Part shown: positions 1 to 8,437 of the stretch, piece by piece
How positions within the stretch are numbered: the stretch's first letter is position 1
How the letters are laid out: every line of letters starts with the position of its first letter
Assembly: GCA_046289975.1 (NCBI GenBank)
Contig: JBKBUQ010000002.1
Coordinates: 1 to 61,146 of the forward strand
DNA length: 61,146 bases
Direction: 5' to 3'
DNA from: Flavobacteriales bacterium
GTDB lineage: Bacteria > Bacteroidota > Bacteroidia > Flavobacteriales_D > UBA2798
The notes under the pieces: model-generated
Database searches by the model: none
Seen by the model: only the letters and a program-made list of their open reading frames with translations
Told to the model about the DNA's origin: nothing
Program-made: the position numbers and the translations under genes

Positions 1-2
1 GG

Positions 3-275
3 ATGGGAAAAGAAGGTTCAATAATGCTTGCAATATTTGAACTAAATGGGCAAAAATTTATGTGTAGCGATAGCCCACCTGTACATAATTGGGACTTTAC
101 GCCTGCAGTTTCCAATTACGTGGAATGTGTGAATGCAGAAGAAATAAAAACGCTTTTTTCTAAACTTTCAGAAGGTGGTATAGTGACAATGCCGTTAGAC
201 AGTTATGGCTTCAGTCAAAAATTTGCCTGGGTAATTGACAAATTCGGAGTCTCGTGGCAACTGAACCTAAAATAG
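3..275 (+). CDS. VOC/PhnB-like family protein, C-terminal part; the N-terminus is probably upstream of the window
   Basis: The ORF abuts the window edge. The tail ...PLDSYGFSQKFAWVIDKFGVSWQLN resembles the conserved C-terminus of PhnB/YjdN-type VOC proteins. Confidence 0.6.
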   Translation: MGKEGSIMLAIFELNGQKFMCSDSPPVHNWDFTPAVSNYVECVNAEEIKTLFSKLSEGGIVTMPLDSYGFSQKFAWVIDKFGVSWQLNLK

Positions 276-310
276 CAAGAAGTGAAGACTTGAATGGAAC
301 AAGAACAACG

Positions 311-455
311 ACCCGCTAACAGCGGTTTGGCGTAATGGCGGGTTCGGTGCTTCGTATAACAGTTTTTGTTGTAGGTTCAAGTGCAGTTCTTCGATTAAAC
401 TTTTGTGCTGAAAATCCGCCACTACGCCAAGCCGCCAAACGTTGGCAGTAATGCT
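311..455 (+). repeat. Structured intergenic repeat, copy A (long imperfect hairpin)
   Basis: The 5' arm GGTTTGGCGTAATGGCGG pairs with the 3' arm CCGCCACTACGCCAAGCC. It is homologous along its length to the element at 2241-2390. Confidence 0.7.
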
Positions 456-485
456 AAAAAACTACCCCGTAAACAGACAAAAAAC

Positions 486-830
486 CTACTTGGACGACTT
501 CTTCAAATCCTTCAAACCCCAATCGGACATATTATCAATTATAGGTAAAAGTGTTTGACCGTATTTTGATATTTTGTATTCCACTCTTGGCGGAATTTCT
601 GCATAAATAATCCGTTCCAAAATAGTATCTTCTTCCATTTCACGAAGTTGGTTAACCAACATTTGCTTACTAATATCAGGAATAGCCTTTTGCAACATTG
701 AAAAGCGGTTGCAATCTTTTCGTATTAAATGAATAATGACAGGTTTCCATTTACCACCAATCTTATTCAGACAATGGGTAACAGGACAATTATTCGGATT
801 AAATTCTTTTGTTTTTCTTTTATTCTCCAT
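486..830 (-). CDS. HxlR family transcriptional regulator
   Basis: A 114-aa protein with CPVTHCLNKIGGKWKPVIIHLI...FSMLQKAIPDISKQMLVNQLREMEEDTILER..YAEIPPRVEYKISKYG, the typical HxlR winged-helix signature. Confidence 0.85.
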   Translation of the reverse strand: MENKRKTKEFNPNNCPVTHCLNKIGGKWKPVIIHLIRKDCNRFSMLQKAIPDISKQMLVNQLREMEEDTILERIIYAEIPPRVEYKISKYGQTLLPIIDNMSDWGLKDLKKSSK

Positions 831-930
831 TGGTCTGTATTTTTATACTATTCCAATTATTATTGACTACACTTTATTTTTGGACAAAGGTAATAATTTT
901 GTGCCATTATTAACAAATAAATTTTAAAAT

Positions 931-1245
931 ATGGTCACAAAGAAAATCCTAATTGGAGCATTGCTGATAATTGTTTCAGCAATTGGCGTAAAGGCGTTTG
1001 CACATTCTCGTCTTTCAAAAAAAGAAAAGGTAAAACACATTACCGAAAAAATGGCAAAGAAACTTTCGCTTACAGATGAGCAAAAAGCTAAAGTATTTCA
1101 AATTAACCTTGACAGAGCCAACGGACACGAAGACGCTTACAAACAAGGCAGAAAAAAAGAAGTAATCCAAAATGCCGTTGCAAAATGGAGAACTGATTTA
1201 AAGCAAGTTTTAACCTCTGAACAAGCACAAAAATTGAAAATCTAA
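931..1245 (+). CDS. Hypothetical secreted/periplasmic protein (Lys-rich, helical)
   Basis: It has an N-terminal signal-like segment ILIGALLIIVSAIGVKAFA. Its stop overlaps the start of the next gene (TAATG), and it is divergent from HxlR. Confidence 0.5.
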   Translation: MVTKKILIGALLIIVSAIGVKAFAHSRLSKKEKVKHITEKMAKKLSLTDEQKAKVFQINLDRANGHEDAYKQGRKKEVIQNAVAKWRTDLKQVLTSEQAQKLKI

Positions 1246-2225
1246 TGAAAGCTGTTATTCGTCAAAAAGCAGGCAAAGAATTTTCAACAATGAAAGTTCA
1301 AAGTATAGAAAGCCCAAAAGCACAATCGGGAGAATTGAAAATAAAAATGGTCTCAAGCCGAATAAATCCTGTAGATATGGATTTAATGAAAGGTTTTCCT
1401 TCATTAAAGTACAAAAATCCGCAAATTGGTGGAATAGATGGTGCTGGTGTTGTATTAGAAGTTGGAGAAAATGTAAAAGATTTCTCTGTGGGTGACAATG
1501 TTATTTTTTACCGATTGTTCAGTGACATTGGAACTTGGGCAGAAGAAATTACCATTCCTGCAAACTACTGTGCCAAAATTCCGATTAACATAGAAGTTAA
1601 GGAAGCTGGAACAATAGCATTGCCATTACTTACAGCCTATGACAGTTTGATGCAACTGAGTGTAGAGAAAGGGGAAAAAATCCTTATACACGGAGTTGGT
1701 GGTGGTGTGGGTTTTCAGGCATTGCAAATAGCCAAACAAATGGGACTTTTTGTAATTGGCACAGGCAGTCAATCGGACAAAGCTGTTTTGGACAAAGCAG
1801 GTCTTGACCAATTTATCGACTACAAAACACAGGACTTTTCGCAAGTATTGAAAGTCAAAGAAGTTGATTGTGTTTTTGACGTGCTAGGTGACGATATTCT
1901 AAAAAAGTCAATCGCATTACAACCTAAAAAAGTAATTTCTGTAAAGTTTGTTGATACTTCATCTATGCACAAAGCTGGTGTAAATTTGCCAGGAATTATG
2001 AAATGGTTGATGAAAATGATGATGAGTAAATTTGTGAAATTGGCAAAGAAAAACAATGTAGAAATCATTGGACAAGTGACAGGAGCAAACGGAAAAATGT
2101 TGCAAAAAGCAGTTGACTTAATAAGTATAAACTATATTTCAAGAAACTTTAGAACACTATCATTAACGGACATTTCAACAAACGGACTGACTAAAAATGA
2201 TGTTGGGAAAGTGATTGTTTTCTGA
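1245..2225 (+). CDS. Zinc-type alcohol dehydrogenase / NADPH:quinone oxidoreductase family (MDR) protein
   Basis: A 326-aa protein with the GVVLEVGENVKDFSVGDNV GroES-like part and the ILIHGVGGGVGFQALQIAKQMG Rossmann motif. Confidence 0.8.
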   Translation: MKAVIRQKAGKEFSTMKVQSIESPKAQSGELKIKMVSSRINPVDMDLMKGFPSLKYKNPQIGGIDGAGVVLEVGENVKDFSVGDNVIFYRLFSDIGTWAEEITIPANYCAKIPINIEVKEAGTIALPLLTAYDSLMQLSVEKGEKILIHGVGGGVGFQALQIAKQMGLFVIGTGSQSDKAVLDKAGLDQFIDYKTQDFSQVLKVKEVDCVFDVLGDDILKKSIALQPKKVISVKFVDTSSMHKAGVNLPGIMKWLMKMMMSKFVKLAKKNNVEIIGQVTGANGKMLQKAVDLISINYISRNFRTLSLTDISTNGLTKNDVGKVIVF

Positions 2226-2240
2226 TAAAATAAATAAGCA

Positions 2241-2390
2241 CTACTGCCAACAGCGGTTTTGCGTCAGGCGGGGTTTCGTGCTTCGTTTGACGCTTTTTGC
2301 TATATTTGAACCGTGGTTCTTCTTATCAAGTTCAGTGCTAAAAATCCCGCACGAACGCCAAGCGCAAAAACGTTAGGTGCAACCATAATG
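2241..2390 (+). repeat. Structured intergenic repeat, copy B
   Basis: It aligns with 311-455 in the same orientation (..AACAGCGGTTTTGCGTCAGGCGGGGTTTCGTGCTTCG...GCTAAAAATCCCGCACGAACGCCAAGCGCAAAAACGTTAGG). Confidence 0.7.
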
Positions 2391-2472
2391 AGACGACAGC
2401 ACAACAATCTACCGAGACTTTTGGAGACACTGAATGACTGTCTCTGTACCCCCCCCTTAATTAGTACAGGGT

Positions 2473-2643
2473 CTAATTTAACTTGTTTTCTTCATTAAAA
2501 GCAAATGTTCCCTCTTTCCCTCTTTGGCCCCCCCCCAAAGAGGGAAAAATTGAATTTGTTATTCGGTATTGTACAATTGATTTTCCTCCTAACGCCTCAT
2601 GGGGCCGTGAGTGATTGTAGTCGTTCATCCAATCTTCCTGTAC
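2473..2643 (-). pseudogene. IS3-family transposase (OrfB) C-terminal remnant
   Basis: My hand translation of the minus strand gives VQEDWMNDYNHSRPHEALGGKSIVQY...* preceded by a stop. This is the conserved rve-domain tail (YNxxRPHxxLGG). There is no upstream catalytic region. Confidence 0.55.
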
Positions 2644-2684
2644 CTACCCCATAATTCCAACAGTATAAAAATATAAATTCTTTT

Positions 2685-3017
2685 TCATTTTATTAATGTA
2701 TCGTTGTCAATCGTTGTAAACTGGTGTGTGCTCTGTGCAGTTAGTTTTCCACAATTCACAGGGTTTAAAAACTCAATTGGCGATTTATCACCAAGGCTTT
2801 CATGTGGATGTTCGTTATTGTATTCAACCATGAATATTTCAGTTGCCTTTCGTACTTGATTTAGGTCTTCAAATATGTAAGTATCTAATACGTCTTCACG
2901 GTAACTGCGATTGAATCGTTCGATGTAACCGTTTTGTGTTGGTTTGCCTATCTTTATTTTGATGTGCTCAATCTTTTCTCTGATGTAAAAATGTGTGAAC
3001 ACATGTGCAATGAACAC
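2685..3017 (-). pseudogene. IS3-family (IS2/IS407-like) transposase OrfB 3' fragment
   Basis: GKPTQNGYIERFNRSYREDVLDTYIF..L.QVR....F..EYNNEHPHESLGDKSPIEF contains only the last acidic residue of the DDE triad and the C-terminal tail. The N-terminal two thirds are absent. Confidence 0.7.
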
Positions 3018-3107
3018 AGTATACCGTTTACTTTAACCTAATCGTAGGCTTTGGCATCACTTTTTATGTTTTCATAAAAGCTTTGCACAGGAAGCTGAAT
3101 AAGCTAT

Positions 3108-3692
3108 TTACAAATAAAACAAACGCAACGTTACGAACGCTGCCAGAAGTAGAATATTCAATACCGCCATACTCGTGAGAGATTCTGTTTTAAGCCGACG
3201 AAATAATGCGAGCAGAGAGAAAATGGATAGACAAACCGGAATAAACAATAGCCACGAATAAAAATCCATGAAGGGATAGATTGTTTTGTTTTCTTCGATC
3301 ATCAACGAAGTGGTTGTGTCAAACAGAAGCGTTTTTCTTATTGTAATGGTATCTCCCGGCGAAATTTGGTCGGCATCGTTTTTCTGAACTGCGATTGTTG
3401 TCGATGCGGTGCTGATGCGGTAGTCGAGCGGCTCAATTTCGTGTAATGCTTCAATACGTTTATCGCCCTTTGCGAGGTCGGCGTATTGCGATTGTGCTCT
3501 CCAGTTGGTAACGACTTCCTGTTGTGTTTTGCGCGGTAAAAAATAATCAATGAAAATGATAGACGAGAACAGCAGACAAAAAAGAAAAAAGGCTCTTAGT
3601 GTTTTTTGAAAATCGGAAGGTTCTGCATTCCAGATTTCAAATGAATTTTCTTTTCTTCCTGCTTGTTCATGGTACTGTTGGAGTTTTTTCAT
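3108..3692 (-). CDS. Hypothetical membrane protein
   Basis: A 194-aa protein with hydrophobic segments near residues 35-52 and 140-194. It lies directly downstream of the LTD adhesin gene, 2 nt away. Confidence 0.5.
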   Translation of the reverse strand: MKKLQQYHEQAGRKENSFEIWNAEPSDFQKTLRAFFLFCLLFSSIIFIDYFLPRKTQQEVVTNWRAQSQYADLAKGDKRIEALHEIEPLDYRISTASTTIAVQKNDADQISPGDTITIRKTLLFDTTTSLMIEENKTIYPFMDFYSWLLFIPVCLSIFSLLALFRRLKTESLTSMAVLNILLLAAFVTLRLFYL

Positions 3693-3694
3693 TC

Positions 3695-6600
3695 TCAGAA
3701 TCGCATGGCAAGTACTACAGCTGTTTTGTAATGTTTGCTGTTTCCACTCAGGTCGAACACCTCCATATACACCACATAAACACCGGAATTAGCCTTTTCC
3801 CTACGCTCGTTGATGCCGTCCCAGCTAATGGTACCTTCGGAGGACAACAGATCATTGCGCATCAGTAAACGAACGATTCTACCCTGTGCATCGAATATGG
3901 TGATATTTCCGGTATACCCTGCCTGGTCGAATTTGTAACTGATGTTCACCACATCGTTGTAGCCATCGTTATCGGGAGAAAATGTTTTTGGAGCTATGCT
4001 TAATGTGTTGTCAACTTCTCCGGGTTGCAGTTGAGAATTTTTGTATCCCGGTGTTGCAAAGCCAACGGTTTCTGCTGCCGAATGCCAATTGGTGTTATCC
4101 GATGTCGGACGATAAAAATCTACCCGCTCCAGCGATACACCATCGTCTGAATTCAACAAAGGGAAATGCATATCGTCGGTATAGGAGAAATCATCACTAA
4201 TGCTGTTTAAGGGTGTAATGAGATAAACTCTTCCTGCATCGTTATTGTAGGAGGGCATGCTGGCAACGGTAAACAAGCGATCGGCTGCGGATAGCGGATA
4301 TTCGCTTATAATGTTGGCCGGGTTTGTGGTAAGCGCAAAATATTCGCCGGGATAGATGAGGGTGTTTGTTGTTGCGATCGTTTTAATGTTTGACACCGTA
4401 TCATTCTGAGCATTCGCAATTTTCCAGTCTTTGAGTGTGATGAAGCGATCGGAACGATTATAGATTTCTACAAAATCAACGCCACTTCCTCTTGGATTAA
4501 AAAGCACTTCATTAATGATAAGATCTCCTGCTTGCGGAAAATCAGGAATTGCAAATTTTACCGGAGTGGAAGCCACTGTATTTCCTGAGCAATCGGTACT
4601 TAATCCTGCTGTGAGGTAATAAATGGTTTGTGGAATAAGCGATGGTGCAACGGTTAATATTACATTACGGTCTCCGTTTACACTTTGGGCAATAACGTTG
4701 ATTCCGTTTGTAATGGTAAAATTACCGGTTAGCATACTCAGGGAATCCATTCGCTCGCAAAAAGTAACAGCAATTGTTGTTGGCGAAAGTACTTCCACCA
4801 GTGAAGGCACAGGAGCAATAAGATCCGGATTGGCAGCGTGTACTGAATTTTCTCTACCGGGGGTTCCTCCACTCGGATCATAGGAAGCTCTCCAGTTGTT
4901 GTTCTCGTTGCAGGGATTCAAAGGATCGATCATTTCAAGTGTCCAGCCTCCGTTCTTTTTTGTATCGTCTCCATACCAGGTATCGAAATAGGCAATTGTG
5001 TGTATAATGGTTCCGTCTGCTTTTTTTAGCGTTAAAACGTCGGAAGAATTGTTAAGCGAAGGCAGTGATGATAAACCGATCGTTCTGCCCAGCGCACTGA
5101 ATTGTGCAACGTTCGCATTGGCCACGAGTATTACTTTTTCCTGAGGGAAAAGAACTAGGGAGGGTAGAGTTACTGTAGATGTGGCATCAGAAAATTTGTA
5201 TCCTGTAATGCGCAAAACACTATTGGTGACATTCCTCAACTCTACAAATTCATATTCGGGTAACTGTGAACTTCCGTTGGGATTTGCATAGATCTCATGA
5301 ATCACCACTTCAAAAACCTGTGCCGGACGTCCAATCGCAAATTGCAAGGTGTCATTCCCCATACTGTTTCCGGAGCAATCCTGCGCTCCTGAAACAATAA
5401 GTGTATAAGCTGTGGTTGAGTCGATGGCCGGAGTAAGCAACAAACGCACATTCATGAATTCGGGAGCAATGGGTTCAATATCCGCAATGATTAATCCGCT
5501 AATTGTCCAGGTGGCATTTACAAGCGAAAGACTGTCCATGTTTTCGTTGAACCCGATGAGCAGTTCTCCGGAAGAGACAATCGTTATAGAAACGGCATCC
5601 GGCGCTGTAATATCCGGCGCATTGCTAAATACATTGTTTTGTGTTCCCGGTGTTCCTCCACTGTTGTCGTTCGATGCGATCCAGTTGCTGCTTCCGCTGC
5701 ATGCGAGTGTGGGATTGATCAGCTCAAGTGTCCAACCGCCTTGTGCTTTTACACTGTTTTGGTACCAGGTGTCGGAATAATTTACCTGATCGATCAACGC
5801 TCCGCTGCCATTGAGAAGAAAGAGATTATCGCCGGTATTATTGAGTGAGGGAAAATTGCTTAAACCGATACTTGTTCCAAATGTAGAGAATGAAGCAAGG
5901 GCTCCGCTTGGACAAAGAATTACAAATTCACCCGGCAAAAGAGTGTGCGAAGGCAGTGTTGCAGATGAACTTCCATCACTGAAGGCCCACCCTGCCAGAT
6001 TAAAGACAGCAGTACTTCTGTTGTGAATCTCTATAAATTCAAACGCAGGCAATCCCACCGAAGGCGAAGGATCAGCAAAAATTTCGTTGATCACTACATC
6101 CCTCCATCCTGCAGTGCTGAAAACGACATAGGTAAAATTGGATTGTGCATTATTAATCGCATTACTGAAAAGATCTTCAACATTGTTGATGGTGATGGTG
6201 TTTTGAAGCAGAGGTGTAAATGTGCTGCCAAAGGTTAAATGAACTACTGAAAGATCGCTCCCGTCGCGGATGGCTGTTGCCGGATTGCCGATACCGTTAT
6301 TGACAGTATAATTACTTAAGTTCTGCGATGAGTTCAACTCTACGTTTTCGTTGAAGTCAACGTCTATGCTGTTGTTTCCTGTAACTGTAATAGCGGTAAT
6401 TACAGGCGGGGTAACATCCACAATAATTGGTCCTGCATACAGATCATCAAAAAAATATTTTTGGTTATTGGTAGCAGAATAAGTTGCCTGCACACCAAAA
6501 AAAGAAGAGCTTGTGTAGGTATTATCGGTTACTGTACCCTCAAGGAAGTAATTGCTTCCTGTTCCGGTATTATCACGTTCGAGCGACCATGTTCCGGCAA

Positions 6601-7078
6601 GTGTGCGAATTGCTTTTATCCGGAAGGGGTTATTGGATGAAGATGCTACACTTCCGTTTGCACCATCAATGATCATTGTTGCACTTGCCCCATCCTTGCG
6701 GTAAAGACTGATTTCATCAGCCGTGTTTCCGATCATTACATAGTAACCATTATAACTACCGGTAATGTTGGCTTGATCACTCATTAAAGCCACAATCATA
6801 AAATTACCATTGGAAGTTGCACAGGTGGGATTCACATAAAATTCCCATTGTGCACCCATAGCGGCTGTGCTGGGAGTGCTGAGGTAAATGGTGGTAGTAG
6901 TAACTGCAGGGCCATTGGAACGCAATTGACCGGATACAACTGTCCAGTCGGCATCATTCCCGCTCCAGACCACTCCATTGGTGAAATCGCCATCGCTGAA
7001 ATTATCGATTAACTGTGCTTGTGCCAGAACAGGCAACAACAACAAAAGCAGCGTATAAAATTTTAACAGATTCTTCAT
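3695..7078 (-). CDS. Large secreted surface protein with three lamin-tail (LTD) domains and a T9SS type-B (CHU_C/gliding) C-terminal sorting domain
   Basis: The signal peptide MKNLLKFYTLLLLLLPVLAQAQ starts at the internal Met (7078). An LTD-like INE(I/V).A(D/N)P......E(F/Y)(I/V)E(I/L).N motif occurs three times. The C-terminus reads FSPDNDGYNDVVNISYKF...ITIFDAQGRIV...ISWDG...GVYVVYMEV. Confidence 0.8.
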   Translation of the reverse strand: MKNLLKFYTLLLLLLPVLAQAQLIDNFSDGDFTNGVVWSGNDADWTVVSGQLRSNGPAVTTTTIYLSTPSTAAMGAQWEFYVNPTCATSNGNFMIVALMSDQANITGSYNGYYVMIGNTADEISLYRKDGASATMIIDGANGSVASSSNNPFRIKAIRTLAGTWSLERDNTGTGSNYFLEGTVTDNTYTSSSFFGVQATYSATNNQKYFFDDLYAGPIIVDVTPPVITAITVTGNNSIDVDFNENVELNSSQNLSNYTVNNGIGNPATAIRDGSDLSVVHLTFGSTFTPLLQNTITINNVEDLFSNAINNAQSNFTYVVFSTAGWRDVVINEIFADPSPSVGLPAFEFIEIHNRSTAVFNLAGWAFSDGSSSATLPSHTLLPGEFVILCPSGALASFSTFGTSIGLSNFPSLNNTGDNLFLLNGSGALIDQVNYSDTWYQNSVKAQGGWTLELINPTLACSGSSNWIASNDNSGGTPGTQNNVFSNAPDITAPDAVSITIVSSGELLIGFNENMDSLSLVNATWTISGLIIADIEPIAPEFMNVRLLLTPAIDSTTAYTLIVSGAQDCSGNSMGNDTLQFAIGRPAQVFEVVIHEIYANPNGSSQLPEYEFVELRNVTNSVLRITGYKFSDATSTVTLPSLVLFPQEKVILVANANVAQFSALGRTIGLSSLPSLNNSSDVLTLKKADGTIIHTIAYFDTWYGDDTKKNGGWTLEMIDPLNPCNENNNWRASYDPSGGTPGRENSVHAANPDLIAPVPSLVEVLSPTTIAVTFCERMDSLSMLTGNFTITNGINVIAQSVNGDRNVILTVAPSLIPQTIYYLTAGLSTDCSGNTVASTPVKFAIPDFPQAGDLIINEVLFNPRGSGVDFVEIYNRSDRFITLKDWKIANAQNDTVSNIKTIATTNTLIYPGEYFALTTNPANIISEYPLSAADRLFTVASMPSYNNDAGRVYLITPLNSISDDFSYTDDMHFPLLNSDDGVSLERVDFYRPTSDNTNWHSAAETVGFATPGYKNSQLQPGEVDNTLSIAPKTFSPDNDGYNDVVNISYKFDQAGYTGNITIFDAQGRIVRLLMRNDLLSSEGTISWDGINERREKANSGVYVVYMEVFDLSGNSKHYKTAVVLAMRF

Positions 7079-7153
7079 CGGATGGAAAATCGTCCATGTG
7101 TAAATATAGTACATTTGCCCTCTCAATAAAGGTTATTTAATTCTTAAGATTTT

Positions 7154-8158
7154 ATGCGAGTTGCTGTTGTAGGTGCTACCGGTTTGGTTGGCACAAAAAT
7201 GATGCAGGTATTACAGGAAAGAAATTTCCCTGTAACGGAATTCTATGCTGTTGCTTCGGAGCGCAGTGTTGGGAAAGAAGTGGTATTTAAGGGGAAGACC
7301 TACAAGGTAATCGGAATGCAGGAAGCGGTAAATCTGCGTCCCGACATCGCACTTTTTTCAGCCGGAGGAAGCACTTCGCTCGAATGGGCCCCGCGTTTTG
7401 CTGAAGCAGGCACTACCGTAATCGATAATTCTTCGGCCTGGAGAATGGATCCCTCAAAGAAGCTGATCGTTCCGGAAATAAATGCTGATGCATTGACGGC
7501 TGATGATAAAATTATTGCCAATCCGAATTGTTCTACCATACAAATGGTGGTTGCACTTGCTCCATTGCATAAAAAGTATGGGATCAAACGCATTGTTGTT
7601 TCAACATACCAATCCGTTACCGGAACCGGAAAACTTGCTGTAGACCAGTTGATGAACGAGCGCAAAGGCATCAAAGGTGAAATGGCGTATAAATACCCCA
7701 TCGACCTGAATGTTATTCCACAGATCGATGTTTTCCTTGATAACGGATACACCAAAGAGGAGATGAAAATGGTAAACGAAACTAAAAAAATTCTTCGCGA
7801 CGAGAGTGTGCGTTTAACCGCAACAGCTGTACGTATCCCTGTAATGGGCGGACACAGTGAGAGTGTGAATGTGGAGTTTGCCAAAGATTTTGATATTGAT
7901 GAGGTTCGCAAAATGTTAGCTGCTTCAGCCGGCATTATCGTGTCGGATGATTTGTCCACACAGCATTATCCAATGCCACAGGATGCTCATGAAAAGGATG
8001 AGGTTTTCGTTGGACGCATTCGTCGCGATGAAACGCAGCCAAATACCCTGAACATGTGGATTGTTTCGGACAATCTCCGCAAAGGGGCTGCTACCAATGC
8101 GGTTCAAATTGCTGAATACCTCGTGAAAAGCAAGGTATTAACTCCGCTGGCCGTCTGA
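7154..8158 (+). CDS. asd: Aspartate-semialdehyde dehydrogenase
   Basis: MRVAVVGATGLVG..., active-site region IANPNCSTIQMV, and a 334-aa length typical of Asd. Confidence 0.95.
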   Translation: MRVAVVGATGLVGTKMMQVLQERNFPVTEFYAVASERSVGKEVVFKGKTYKVIGMQEAVNLRPDIALFSAGGSTSLEWAPRFAEAGTTVIDNSSAWRMDPSKKLIVPEINADALTADDKIIANPNCSTIQMVVALAPLHKKYGIKRIVVSTYQSVTGTGKLAVDQLMNERKGIKGEMAYKYPIDLNVIPQIDVFLDNGYTKEEMKMVNETKKILRDESVRLTATAVRIPVMGGHSESVNVEFAKDFDIDEVRKMLAASAGIIVSDDLSTQHYPMPQDAHEKDEVFVGRIRRDETQPNTLNMWIVSDNLRKGAATNAVQIAEYLVKSKVLTPLAV

Positions 8159-8437
8159 TTTCGTCCTTGTTTTACCGCTTTTCCTCAGATTCCTTCTTCT
8201 GCTTGTCATACATTCGGTTCAGGGCGTAACTTTTAGGGTGCAAAATTGTTTCAATTGTACACTACTGCGTGATTCTTTCACCACCGGCCCGGAATTTGCC
8301 GTTCCCTTAGTGGAACTGGCATTTTACCGGTGTCTGGACTCGTTTTGTGTTAAATTGTGTAAAAAACACTAAACAAAATTTAGCAAATCCTTGTTATTGT
8401 GTCGTCTGCAGGAATAGTTTTGCAGCAATTCCAAACC

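Noticed and set aside
2313-2498. A 61-aa ORF across repeat copy B and the IS end
   Set aside because: It is made of the structured repeat and poly-C/IS terminal sequence, with no coding signature.
7300-7959. A 219-aa ORF antisense to asd
   Set aside because: It lies entirely within the strongly supported asd CDS on the opposite strand. Its Ser/Ile-rich composition matches no recognisable family, so it is a typical shadow ORF.
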